Shown one piece after another: positions 1 through 13,300 of a DNA stretch of 64,000 bases. This DNA is from Marsupella aquatica (Eukaryota; Plantae; Marchantiophyta), in assembly GCA_973895155.1 (NCBI GenBank), contig OZ316893.1:27476210-27540209 (forward strand), given 5' to 3'. The notes below the pieces were generated by a model. It saw only the letters and a list, made by a program, of their open reading frames with translations. It had not been told where the DNA came from and ran no database searches. The position numbers and the translations under genes are program-made. How positions within the stretch are numbered: the first letter of the stretch is position 1; every line of letters starts with the position of its first letter.

Positions 1-503
1 AAGGTCGAAGCTTCATTCACCCAGTAACTTGTACTCAGACTCAGATCTGGAAGACTGTATATTGATGACTGAGAAGCAATAAAAGCTTGTCACGCTGTGG
101 ATAGTGATTTTCCCAAATCTGCTTGCATTGCTAATCTTCTGAGTCAGAGGTCTGTGACGACTCCTCACTGTGATGACGGGATGAAACAATGTCGCACGAC
201 ATCGCTCTGCCAATGACACCTTTCGCTACCCAGAAAATTAAAATATTAATTAACTTGTTAACTTAAATAAACTATAATCCTGCATAATGACACGTTTGCC
301 TCATCAATAAACTAAAGACTTTTCCAAACTCCAATCCAACTTACATAATCTTGCACATTGGTGACACATTTAAGGACTAGTGAAATAGAGAATCGAAAAC
401 TTCAATCAGATTGATATAAAAACCAACTGGCTGTGTTCTAAAATCATGACATTGTAAGGAGGCGAAAATATCGTGACAGTGTAACGTTGTGTTCTTTCTA
501 GTG
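1..503. mobile_element. Possible right end of a CACTA (En/Spm) element, truncated by the window edge
   Basis: Ends in TTCTTTCTAGTG (reverse complement CACTAGAAAGAA) at 503, preceded by GTCACG/GTGACA/GTCGCA-like subterminal motifs. The other end and the TSD are not visible. Confidence 0.35.
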
Positions 504-933
504 ACAATGTCAAATGTTCGTGTGCATCCCAACTTCCAATTTGGCAAAGATCTTTACCAAAACACAAGAAAGTCAGGAGAGTAAAAAACTGATTTTGTCC
601 TACTTATAACAAAAGTGAAATTTTTGGGTAAAATTTAGAATGCAGTCGCCCATAGGCATGGCTCCTTGCTAATTTACTTGAGTTGAGATTTATAGATCTA
701 GAGCTGTTCAATCTATCGTTGACTGTTTCCTTTCTCTTTCTTTAGTGTTTCACACATTTTCCCTTAAAAAATTAAAAATTGTTACCTTTTTGTGGGATTT
801 TACACCTTTCCCCATAAAATTAAAAAAAATAGAATGCAGATACAATGAATCTGTAAGAAAATGAAAGATTTTGACTAGATACAATGAATCTATACTAGTA
901 TACAAAATTTTGTAAATAAATCTCAGGCTACAC

Positions 934-970
934 ATTTCAATTGTATTTCAATTGTATTTCAATTGTATTT
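934..970. repeat. Short tandem repeat (ATTTCAATTGT)x3
   Basis: An 11-bp unit repeated about 3.3 times, read directly. Confidence 0.8.
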
Positions 971-3900
971 ACTTACAAAGACATAATCAAATAGTTATTT
1001 GATCAATTCGTATGTGGTTATCCCATAAGATAGTGATTAAGACACCTCAGTTGGAGCTCTGGATCTTGAGGTCAAACCTCTATGTGAGAGACCACTTACA
1101 CGATTGGGTGGGTAAATGCATATTTCCCGACCCTTATATGCATTGAAAGATACAAGGCTAGGGAGAAACTATAAAAACACCAAAATGAATGTATATAATA
1201 AACCGAAAGCATTCAAATGAACTCGATCAAAAAATAAACTCCAAAGGATTACCCTGAAAGGGCACATTTGAATTTTACTATTTAAGAGTTAAATGTCCAA
1301 AAGGGAAAACCTCAATTAGGCGCATTTCAAGTTTAATAAGTGTCAAAGAATAGCTATCAATTGGGCAGGTCAAATGATCATAATATTTGAACAGCTATAT
1401 AGTTAGGGATGTACTATGGCAGCATAGAGAATTTTTCACTTTACAGACATACAACCCTTGTTTCCCTGGTTTGGGCTTGATGAGCATATTGGGGGTCTCG
1501 ATCCCGTCAAACCGTCATCCTGTCACCCAGTCCCCACACACCCTGCTGCAACCCCACCCCCACCCGACCCCGCCCCTACCCCGACCCCGCCCGGCTGCAA
1601 CCCCGAACTGGGGGACTGGCTCGCTAGACCGGGGGAGTCCCGGGGGAGTCAAGGGGAAACTCGGGAATGGCCAGGTAATCAGTGGGAATATGCATCAAAT
1701 TGCCTGTTTTGGGCCCATCATTTGACAGTTTTAAGTGCCCGGCAAGGCGTCAAGTTGCCTGTCAGGTTAAGAACAACATTAACTTTGGCAGATCTATTTT
1801 TCTTTGATTCATCAGATGTCAGTCATCAGGCACCTCAGGATAGTAATGCCAAACACAAGGACCTGAATATGTTCCAAACCTGCTATGTCCTACAAACATT
1901 GAATTTGGCCCAAAATATTACATGAAAGAGAGTATTGAAGTGAAATGTTGGGAACATTGGTTGGCAGACAAATTAGATCATGAAATTTCTATCATCATAT
2001 TTTAGTGAAATGTCACAAACATTAGGACCTGATTTCTTTTTGAACCTACTAGTATGCCCTACCTGTCGCTTGTAAATTTCTCTTGAGTATTTAACCATGA
2101 GTAATACCAACTAGCCCCGACTACCTGTTGTTTGAACATGAATAGAAGGGAGGAGGGCAATAAAAATGTCACCAAAAGAATTTTTTTATTCACATTTTTT
2201 GAAGGTTAATGTGTATACATAACAAACCATACACTTTTCTATGCACATCCATCTTTCTATGTACATCTGTTATTTTCGGGCCATAGAGCTAATTTTTTAA
2301 TATAAATAAAATGAATGACAAAAAAATCTATGATTATCATTTGACACCATAGTCATGAGTTTTCACATACACATGATGTGCCATGGAGTTAAGGTCTAGA
2401 GGCTTCACTCTAGAAACCTAGGCCCCAACTCTAGTTTGTAGGTGGTGCTTTATAAATAAGATGTTTGGCAGCACTGTCACAAATGCTGAATGTCACGTTT
2501 ATGATTCTAGAGTAATCAAACTTGCAACATAGGAGTAATTATTTCTAGTTTTCTAGAGTTTTCCCTGATTTCTTCTAGCCAAACACTATATACAATCAGG
2601 GAAAACTTGCACAATATATATTTGATTTAGTCTTAAAATAGAGTTCCCATAAAAGAGTTTTTTTGTAAATACCTGCTGTGGCATTTTGAGGGAATATTCA
2701 CAGGATGCGCCAGGATTGTTGGCATTGACTGTTCTACTCAGAGCCAAAATACAAGGGCCAACAGCCAAAAGGTGCCCATGATATGCCAATTTGATGTAAC
2801 GGGGTAATGTTTATGCACCAGGCAGAACTAATATGCAGATGAAGACAATAATTCACTCACCTGGACTTCTCACAATGAATCTGCCTCACTCCTCTATTTT
2901 AAAGTAGATCACACCCCTTAAAGTGCCACTGTCCTTGAGGCAAAGTTTGGTGGATGAGGTTATTAAAATAAAACCAAAAATGTGCTCAAGAAAGTGAAAA
3001 AGTGCTTTATTTTGACCTCCCCAAACCTAGTGGAACGTGACAGAAGACTCGACCACCATCGCTGGATCCCGTTTGACACAGCAAGTGACATTTGGACAAC
3101 ACCATGCAAGAAATGTTATGTCAGCCCATGTACAATGCCAGCACAGATTTCTCACTTTCATCTGGTATGGCACCCCATGTATTGTGCCTGCTGACGCCAC
3201 TCGCCCCTCATTTTGAGCTAAACTGTAGCCGCTTACTAAACAGAGAGTTTCTGAAAAATTTCGATCTTGACCTGTTTGTATGATTTTTCTGATCCACTGG
3301 CTTCAGTGCTATTTCCTTAGGCTTCTCTGGAAATTACAGGATGCTTGACTTAATACTGTCTGCCATATAACTGGTCTACAATGCATAAAATATTACATTA
3401 TCTTCGTATTGTAATTCAAGAAAAGGAGAAAACTGCAGTTGCAAGTAAATCATCAGTGTGAGAGTCAGCACTCCTCACGCACCTGGGAACTCATCATAGT
3501 ACGGAGGCCTTCCACTGCCTCTACAATATGTGTCTAAGTCTTAGTGCGCTTTGCTTGATCTCCTATTCAACTTTCGAGGAATCGGGTGAGGTTCAATGTC
3601 AGGCTATCACTGAAACCATCACTTACAAAATGTCTGAATTTCAGACCTCTTCGAGAAATCGCACCCGGTTCTTTGTGTACACCTTGTAGTGAGAAACGTT
3701 TATAGTGCAAATGGGTTTGCCAGCATTGGCCACAATATCAGAATCCACACACGAACATGACCATTTCGTAACTAATCGTTCTATTGAATGACATTGATGG
3801 GTTCTCACTTCTGTGGAGAATTTTGGATGCAAGGAGGACAAGTCTGAAAATCCCAAGTTTGGTGCAAACTGCCTCTCTCAAGTTCATTGCATAAGGGTGC

Positions 3901-4232
3901 TGCCAAACTCGGGCATAACGATGCCCTCATTACTCGCGCTCGTTGAAAATCTGTCATTTGATCAACCAAAACAGTCGCCACACCACATAAAGTAGTCAGG
4001 TTGCTTTCTGCAACCTTGACTGCATCACCCCTCTAGTTAACGCAGAGAGAAGGAAACGACCCTGGTTGAAGACTATCACATGAACCACTAAAACTACTGT
4101 GGTGAGTAAAGCACATTGTTTGTTGTAATATGCTAACACACTGAGAAACAAATGGTTTGTATCTTTCATCTCTTGCGAATTATCACGAAGACATCACTTA
4201 CAGCTCGCCATGTTCTATCGCCATCCGCAGAG

Positions 4233-5526
4233 CTACCGTTTGTATTTTGCAACTTCACCGTCGTTGGCAAACATGCCCATCAATCTTCCGGCTGAACATT
4301 GGTAGGCAAACATGAAGCCTCCCATCAACCCAATAATTCCAGCAGTGTACATGGAGGGGCCCCTAATGTGCACGCTCCCACCTGATAACACACAGGTTGT
4401 TCAGGGAGGTCAGAGACTACCCATCGTCCATATGCTAAAGTTTTGGCACAATCAACAAAGCATTCTTTCTACCACATTTTCCGCTCTTGCAAATTTATTT
4501 TCTACACTTCCAGACGTAAAAAAAGGTTTACAAAAGCAGATCCTGTGCCAAGCAAACAATCTAGGGATTGTCTAATACTTACAAACGGAATCATGCCTAC
4601 TTTAGGAAGACCGTCACGGGTTGTAGTAACACAGATCAAAAGCTTGTTCTAAATGACGCTCGTCTATCTGTATCCTGGAAACTATAAACGGAAACTGAGA
4701 AAGTATGTCGAGAATCGACGCTTCTGAGAGCCATAATTCATGTCAATCAAATGAACCAGTCCTTTTCATTTTCTCCTGATATGTTACTCGCTGTGGTAGA
4801 AGGACAGAAGAAAGACTAATAGAAACTCGCAAGTGCAGAGAGCCCTAACGCTGTGTTGAAATAATGGCAGCATTTCCCCAAATAACATGGATTCCAATCG
4901 TCGAGAAAATGTTGACAAGACTCACATTGGACAAAGCCTCAGCAAACTAGGTCAAATTTCACAAGTTTTGTCAGTTCGATGTCTCGCGTATTTGACAAAT
5001 TTGCAGATCTCGCAATTTGGAGGTTTGCTTAATTGAAAGCAGGCTATCTCTTCGAAACGCCTATCTACCTTAAATGTCCTTCCCTAATATCATCCGTATT
5101 TTCCCCAGTTGGGAGCTCAGTAACGACTGCAAGGCGGTCCAGGGACAAACCTCCGTTGCGAAGGAAATTAGGGCTAAAACGGAAGACCCAGGAAAGACAA
5201 CCACAAGATGCCCCGGGCGATGAACTCAGAAAATTAGGGTAAGAAGTGAAGGCAAGGAAAGGCAATTGCTTATTCTTCAGCCATTCGCGGATCTGGTGAA
5301 CGCCCAGACAGACCGACCGAAAACAACAACTTCAGAATCAGTAAGGAGGAGGAGGAGGAGGAGGAGGAGGAGAACAATGACCTGCAAGATAGCCGACTGG
5401 GAGAGAACCGGCAGTGAGGGCAGTGATTTTGAGGTAATCGGAGACGTTGAAGTTGCCGATGGTGGTGCTGACGGAAGGGTTGCGATCGATGACAGGAAAC
5501 TTCGGTTCGTCCAGTAAGATCCCCAT
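4233..5526 (-). CDS. Mitochondrial complex I accessory subunit (NUXM/20.9-kDa, NDUFB1-like; At4g16450 family), 2 exons: 5526-5382 and 4381-4233
   Basis: Exon 1 MGILLDEPKFPVIDRNPSVSTTIGNFNVSDYLKITALTAGSLPVGYLA splices (GCAG|gtcatt ... ttatcag|GT) to exon 2 GGSVHIRGPSMYTAGIIGLMGGFMFAYQCSAGRLMGMFANDGEVAKYKR*. This matches the plant family motifs PVxDRNP and GLMGGFMxAYQxSAGRLMG. Confidence 0.92.
5344..5372. repeat. (AGG)n microsatellite at the 5' end of the intron
   Basis: About 9 AGG units. They account for the poly-R, poly-L and poly-P runs in spurious ORFs. Confidence 0.9.
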
Positions 5527-7194
5527 TTTCTTCTCCTCCTTCTCGGCACGATCACAGCACCGATAAACAACGTCTGCCAATTCTCGTGCTCGCTTTCAAT
5601 CGCTTGCTTGCCCTCTCCCTCACCATACACTCTGTTTCTGTAAAATGCTTCGTTGGTAGATCTCCTACTTCTCCAGTCTCGAGGAGTCTCTTCTCCATGA
5701 TGGTACCACGGTTCCCTTTGCCCTCACCCTCACTTCCACTCACCCTCACTTCCACAGGAGATCTTCATCTCTTGTTCCTTAGTTGGCTTTTGGTTTGGGG
5801 ACCCCTTGGTTTGTTTTTCTTGGGGCCCTTTTTCCTCTTTTCTTCCCTTTCATTGGGTTGCTTTGGCTTTGGGATCCATCATGTCTCCCCGTTAGGCATT
5901 TTCTGCCCTTGGGAGCTGTGATGTTTAGCTCTTGTCACTTTTATCAGTGAAGTTTAATGACCTCGTTGAATCCAAACATCATTTTGGCACTCAGCTTTTT
6001 TTCCCTCGGTGGCTTGCCAGGATAGATGAGTTACACTCACTCGGCTTCCCTCACAGAGTCGTTCCAATTTACACTTGGTGTACCAGTCTCCCTGAGCCCC
6101 CTTTATACCCTCTCAGCGGCCTTGCCCCGTGACATCTACAACTCTCATGTTTGTATTTTCTCTGATTGCCCTTGTTTTCCGTGCGGCTTGGTAATAACTA
6201 ACAGGGTGTTTCAAAGCTTCAAATTTGATGAACCTTAACGTAGTAGTTAAGGTTACTGACAGAAACAGATATGGACTTACAAATTCGTAGTCCATAATTT
6301 TGTCACAAAGATTGGTCGTATGCCATGATCTGTAAAGTACTGAAACAAAAAATTCAAAAACTGTTACTTATCTAATCCTGTAAACAGTTATGACCATCTG
6401 TTTATAGCCAAAGTCATCATCAGCAACTTTGGAGCTTTGAGTCGCCCTAATGTTTCAATATCAATTAACTCCCTCCCATGGATGATCAACGTGTTTCAAG
6501 ATCAAAATGCCCAAGGGCTTGCTAATAAACTAATGTCACATGTCACTTGACAAGGGCCCTGAGCTAGCTGAATTAATTCGCTGGTCCACTCAATCACCTT
6601 CCACTTCAGACATGGGTGAGTTAATTTCTGACATTGACATCAACTAGGCAGGGGGCCTTAAATATCTAAGTGACGTTGACTTAAGGCCCCATAAAGGTCT
6701 TTTACCATATGTCACCCAAAGCTTAGTTTTGGAGTAAAGAATACTTGGTTCTTCAAGGAGGAGAGGAGGAACTAACTCACATGGTATTTTCTGGGTTGAG
6801 CCACACATTCAACACTTACTCAAATTAGCCTGTGATTGGAGTAGTTATTTTCTTGGTTAAGCAACTTCTGGGCACATTAAATGGTTACCCATTTTTAGCT
6901 GCAGTACGTGGTTCCAACCGGGTTGACCCTAAACTGTTATTGGTAATAATATCAACTAAGCTAAAACACATTACAGGAACTCTTATAAGAATAAGGCACA
7001 CAAAAGCAGTAGAGGGATCCTAAGTAGCTAGTTTGTAAAAAAAGTACGGACCATCATGTAAATATGTTTTGGCAGGTTCCCGTCCAGGGCATAATCCCAT
7101 CAAGCATACACCACTCCGTCATCCAATTGAAAATATCCAATCATCTCTCAGGCAGCCAACTTGACTATCTTGCTGCCTCATGTGTGTGAGGGAG

Positions 7195-9300
7195 TGTATG
7201 CACCGACTGTAAGGGTACCCATTTAGTTCTCCAAATTCTTACAACCTTGTTCTTCCTTTCCATGGGCTCCCGAATGACTATTTGAGCTCAAATTTGCTAT
7301 GGCTTATGATTTCAAGAGTGCTTCGTATTGAAGATAGAGTCACTATTATTGAAGATAATTAGAGTCAGAGATCAGTACGTGGTGTTGAAACGTTCTATAC
7401 TCCACCCAAAATGCTGGTTACATTTGGTTATAGGATTAATTAATTTGGTCAACAAACCGGTCCAATTCTTTTATCTTGGTCCAATAGAATTGGAACTATT
7501 TTGGTCCAATTGCACACGAATTGGACCATCTGTGGTAGTAGCATTGCTTTTTCTTAGTGCCGATCTTATCGTCAGCTATATTATCTGCTGACTTATCAGT
7601 ACGTTAGTTCACCCTTAAGTTGTAGTTTGTCATTTTGTTTGCTTACTCCTACTGAATGTCACTGGTCGCTACAATGTTATGGTATCAAAGCCACATCTCA
7701 GGTGCTGCATGGGCAGGCCACCTTTTAAGTGAACTAGCAAAGGAGGTCAATACAATTCAGTAAAGTGCTAGAAATTTCATGCTATCAAAGCCACGTCTCA
7801 GGTGCTGCATGGGCATTCCTCGCGGGACCTAAACACTTCGAGCACTCTGTCAAATGAGGGGTCCGTAACGCACACTGAGCAAAGGACCTACATCGTGCAG
7901 TCTTTGTTTTGGCGATCGATCTTCAACAACAATTTTAGTGGACCTATTCCCTTGAGTTCCGTTAACTAAAATATCAGCAGATCATACGCTCTGATCAGCT
8001 CTCTTTGGTTTCAAATTAACTGCCTCACCCGAGACGTAGTCGATCTCGTCTTTGGGTGTCCTTTCTCTGTTTTTGGCACGACGCAGGACTTGCGATTACA
8101 AAATAAACTCTTTACAAGAGACTTCTCAAGAATCGCAAATTTTTCTGTTCCACGTACTTCTAATGCGCTAGACCTCAGCAACAACAATACCTGATGGAGT
8201 AAGTCAGGAGCCATTTCTCACCCAATGAGTGCTACGCTGGAGAGACTAAATTCTAACCCGGCCTGTGTTGAAGTCTTGGATCGGAGGGAAAAAAGAATCG
8301 GGAACGTTGAAGTCGTGGATCGAAGGGAAAAAAGATTCATGAACGTGTGTTCCTACTGCATGCGTTGCTAATACGTCTCAGATCACCGTTTTGGGGGGAT
8401 ATGTTGGGGCATTTTTCAACAGCTGAGTTTGTCATCCCTTCAGCTTAGCTTTAGAAGATCTCTAATAATGCGATACGCGGACCTGTCCCAAAGGTAGCTA
8501 TACGTATGCTCCATCTCTACAAGTTCTTGCTCTCTCAAACAAAAATTTATCAGGTCTTCCTACTATACCACCAAACACTAGCTTCCTCAATCCAAACATG
8601 ATTTCGTTGGACTTCGTGGTCTTCGATCCCTTAGATCCGTGTCCTGAAGTTTCTGAGCGGGTGTACAATCGTGGGTCTTGTTGGTCATCATTGGAGTCTC
8701 TCTAACAACGGTTATGGGATGTAGTTTCCTGAAGATGGAGGAATGAATTATTTTCGCTTTCCCAATGCGAATCTATACGTAAGCCAAATTTCAAAAGCAT
8801 GTTTCCACCAGAGTATAGAAAGTTGATCACAAAAGTCAGTAGCCACTTAGTAATGAAATCTACTACCAATATGGCCATGAACATGCAACCGAGCATGCAA
8901 CATAGGAAATACGCACTGAATTTAAAATGGAGTTCCAAGGACATGCAAGCTATTTCAAGAAGGCTTGGATACCAGACAAGTGAGTCTATTTTCAAATATA
9001 ATGGGCTCAATTCCACGTTTGAATTGCCACCTCCGAATATCCACAGTTCACTTCTGTTCCTTCCCGCTTACTGGAATCTTTGGAAGAAAGAGCTCTACTC
9101 AAGTCAGTCTTGGCATGATGAGACAAGAACAGCCTTCTATACAAAACATTGGGCTTGCAATTCTAGAAGCTCCTAGTCTACTACTCCAACTGCACCTTGC
9201 CCCGGTGCCCAGTTTGTCAATCATTTTGAAAGGATCGAAGCTACGACTTCTGTGCCAAGGTCGTAGTCAATGCAGCAACCTCGTCCCAAACAACTGACTG
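7195..9300 (+). mobile_element. Degenerate LTR-retrotransposon fragment
   Basis: TGTA...GGTCGCTACA LTR-like segment (about 7195-7673), followed by a Met-type PBS-like TGGTATCAAAGCC at about 7680 and a 33-bp direct repeat (7683/7783). The downstream sequence is broken, and the right boundary is a guess. Confidence 0.4.
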
Positions 9301-9993
9301 AAGTTTTCGGCTGGTCTCCCAGAGCCTCAAAATTAATGCTCCGATTTAGCTCTCAATAAGCCAGATCATACCTGCCGTACCGGGACATGGTTTGGAGAAA
9401 GTGCACTGAACTGAATCCAGAACTCAAACACAACTCAACCTCCAAGAATGCTCTCAAAGCTCAATGTGATGCATGAAAATTTCGGGGAAAGCCTCTACTT
9501 CTCTCCAAATTGGAAAGGTACAGTGCAGTTCAAGTGCTTTCTGCCACCGGTACCTGATGGCTTCGATTTCACTACCGAACCCTTCACTTCGAAGTAGACA
9601 AAATCCGTTGATATGACCAGCCCCTCTGGTCCACCAAGCCACGACAACTAACAATTCATCCTCCACTTCCAAAACGTCAAGCGGCTCGACTATGATCGAG
9701 TCAATTGGTCCCACAGAAGAAAATATGCATGAATGCATATGTGACCATAAATTTTTATCAGCATTGTAGACTTCTATGCGATGGCTCCCCACACCACTCA
9801 TCAGATGGAGTTTTCCGTGTGCCGTGAAAAACAACGGGTTTGGACTTGTCCAGGAACTGATTCTCTCATTCCTCCACTGATCCCTGGTGGGATTGTAAAT
9901 GTCGAAAAATTCCTCGCGATTGGGATCGAGTTGGCCGTAATCATCTTCAGGAACTGGAACCCCTTTCAAGATGTCTCTGGTCATCCAAAACTC

Positions 9994-10253
9994 TGTTAAG
10001 TTTACGACGTTCATCCGGTGTACATACGCCACTTGCTGTTCCTTTGTCTGTTCCCCCTTCGCCTAGGTGTTATCTGGGGGGCCTGTATATGTGTGATTAC
10101 CGTTAGATTTAGGGTTAATCTTACTTACGGTCCGATTAGTATTCACTGTGCGGTGCATTCTCTCGCCGACCACTCTCTTAAGGACCAATTCACTGTTCAT
10201 TCTGTATTCTTGCTGAGTAAAAACAAGGGAAGCTGCGCTCGTCAGTTTCTTCA
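9994..10253 (+). repeat. 5' LTR
   Basis: TGTTAAG...TTCTTCA. I see 3 mismatches against the 3' LTR. Confidence 0.95.
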
Positions 10254-10265
10254 TGGTATCAGAGC
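10254..10265 (+). promoter_or_regulatory. Primer-binding site (initiator tRNA-Met)
   Basis: TGGTATCAGAGC immediately after the 5' LTR. Confidence 0.93.
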
Positions 10266-10326
10266 CCAGACTGCCAGAGCACGATCGTGGTGAGAATCTC
10301 CCAGCGTTACTCGCGTGCTGAGCAGA

Positions 10327-13300
10327 ATGGCTGGCGGCCCACAGCGATCATCACAGAGCAGCGGCTCCCAAGCTGCCTCACCAGGCAGCAGCACACAGCA
10401 AGCATCGCCAAGCACTGGACCTCCTGCAACTCAGAATGTCCACTACGAGTTTGACAAAGGCCTCGTCTATGCAGACAAGGACAAGCTCGATGGCAGTAAG
10501 AATTTCATCGGGTGGTCCTTCAAGGTGGAGCGACAGTTCCGCAAGGATAAAGTGTGGTTCGAGCTGGTCAGTCCAGACCCCACGAAGCCAATGCAACTCA
10601 CGCCAGAGCAAATCGAAGAAAAGAAGGAAAGAGCAATCTACATCTTCTCTCAGACGGTCAAGGATCACATCTTCCCTATCGTGAAGAAGTACATTGACGA
10701 TCCTGCCAAGATATGGCTGCAGCTGAAATCGCGCTTTGAATCCGTGGCCATGGGTAAGCAGCTCATCCTCAGGGATAAACTGCCTAAGATGCACATGTCC
10801 GAAGGGAGCAATGTTGAGGAATACATTCGTGAGATTGACAACTTGGTGATGTAGCTAGGTGACATCAATTTCGTTATAGAAGATAAGGAACTAATCCGCA
10901 CCACTCTCAAAGGATTACCTGCGAGCTGGAAGCCATTTATCATGTCGTTTGGTACCTTGCTGCATCAGTTCCCGACACTGTCATTCTCAGACCTTATTGG
11001 TCACCTTGAGGCCGAAGAAATGCAACGGGCTTTACAGAGCAACGACACCGAAGAAGCACTGATGACTAGCTACAACACCCAACGTGGTGGCCCTTTTCGT
11101 GGACGTGGCAGAGGCAGAAACAACTATCGTGGACGGGGACGAAGCGCACCTTCAGCCAGGAAGACCGAAGCCTGCAATTTCTGTGGGCATACTGGTCACT
11201 GGGAAGGGGAATGCCTCGAGAAGATTGAGAGCCAAATCAAGGGCCTACAAATCAAGCATGCGGACATTAAGAAGGGCATGCACCATGCAAACGTGGCTGA
11301 GACGATGGAACCTGAAGAATGTGAGTCTGACAGCGATCCCAACAGAAGCATCTTAGAAGTTAATCTCACAGAATTCAAAGCTAGTCAAGATTGGCTAGTT
11401 GACTCAGGTGCTAGTACTCATATAACTGGGAACAAGAGTACTCTTAGTCACGTTGTTCCATACGCATCCACCTCCAATGTAACTACTGCCTCTGGTGCAC
11501 GCATTCCAGTTGCTGGAAGAGGCAGCACTAAGTTCAATGGAAATAACGTGGTCAAAAAGGTTTTGTACGTGCCTGGGATGACTCGCAATCTCTTGTCGGT
11601 TGGTCAGTTGGCTGATGAAGGCCACAATGTATTATTTAATTCCCGTCATTGCTACGTGTTGGATAAAGAAGATCCTAATAAGATCTTTCTGAGGGCAACA
11701 AGGGATAGACACAATAGTCTATACCGACTAGACTCGTCTATTCAGGGCAATGCCAAGCTATGCTCTGAAATACACATTTCATTAGTAGATAGCACGGACG
11801 AGCATGCCAGCAGTCCTCCATCCAACACACCTACGAGCAATGCTGACAGTGAGACACAAAGCGATGTGTCACCCCTTGAGATATGGCACCAAAGGCTCAG
11901 TCACGTAAACTTCCGCAGAGTTTACAACATGTCTTCAAACAAGTTGGTTGAAGGTCTGCCCAAGCTGCCATTGGAGGATCATGTCTGTGATACATGCATC
12001 ATGGGGAAACAACATCGAGAGTGCATACCCAAGAAATCTGCCAACAGGTCAAAACCACTGCAATTGGTTCATACGGATCTTTGTGGCCCCTTGGTTGTTT
12101 CATCTCTTTCTAAAGCAAAATATTTGCTTACATTCACGGATGATTTCTCTCGCTACACATGGGTGTATTTCCTGAAAGCCAAAAGTGAAACCTTCTTAAA
12201 GTTCAAAGACTTTAAAGCTATGGTCGAAAATGAATTCGACAGCAAAATTCAATGTGTTCGATCAGATCGAGGAGGTGAATACTTGTCCAACAAATTCTGC
12301 CAATTTTGTGACAGACAGGGGATCAAGAGGCAACTCACAGCGGCTCGCACACCTCAGCAAAATGGAGTAGCAGAAAGGAAAAACCGAACACTACTCGAAG
12401 CAGCACGCAGCGCCCACATTGCAAGTGGAGCTCCCACGTTCCTATGGGATGAGCTCATTCAATCAGCCACATATGTGCTCAACAGGTGGGACACTTCCTC
12501 TTTGACCTCCTCCACACCTTTCCAACAATTATACAATGCCAAGCCTGACCTGTCTAGTCGAAGAATTATTGGATGCCTGGCGTACGTTCATGTTCCTAGT
12601 GAACTGAGACATAAGTTGTCAGCAAAGTCCATTCGGACTGCATTAGTGGGATATGACAAGAAATCGAAAGCATACAGGTGCTATGATCCTATCAAAAGAA
12701 AAATCTACATCAGTCGTGATGTTGTGTTCAATGAGTTAAAGATGTTTGACTTCAACATCAAACCATCTCAAGCCTCTGCAGAATTACCATTGATTTCACC
12801 GGCTCAGTCCATTTATATCTCTCCTGCAACACAGGAACAAAATTCCTACTCTGCATCCGAACCTGCATCTCCCGACTCTGTGCCTGTAGATCCTAGTAAT
12901 AGTACTAACTCCAACTTAGAGCCACTTAGCCAGTCGAATCTTCTCTTGAGGTTGAGCCCGCACCAGCTGACTCTACCCCTACGAGCACATTACCATTGCC
13001 ATCCCCAATTCGCAGGCAGTCATCTCGTGCTAGGGAACTCCCAGTTCGTCTACGCCAAGATTACGTGTTGGATTTTCGACCCAACAACCCTGATGTCTGC
13101 CTAGTCGAGACTACCGACCCTGTGAATGAAAACATCACATTCCAGCAAGCATGTTTGGACCCTCAGTGGAATGCAGCTATGAAAGAAGAATTTGATTCTC
13201 TGATCAAAAATGAGACATGGGTCCTCACTGCACTCCCACCAGGAAAGAGGGCCATCTCTGCTAGGTGGCTGTACAGGGCGAAGCCAGAGGTAAACCCCAC

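Noticed and set aside
1387-1925. Pro-rich ORFs in a GC-rich patch
   Set aside because: Low-complexity C-rich repeat, non-ATG starts and no domain.
5933-6261. Solo-LTR candidate TGTCA...TGACA
   Set aside because: The flanks GCTCT and GAAAC do not form a TSD.
10852-10854. Programmed gag read-through stop
   Set aside because: The TAG lies mid-gag, before the Zn knuckle. Copia gag-pol is normally continuous here, so a point mutation is simpler.
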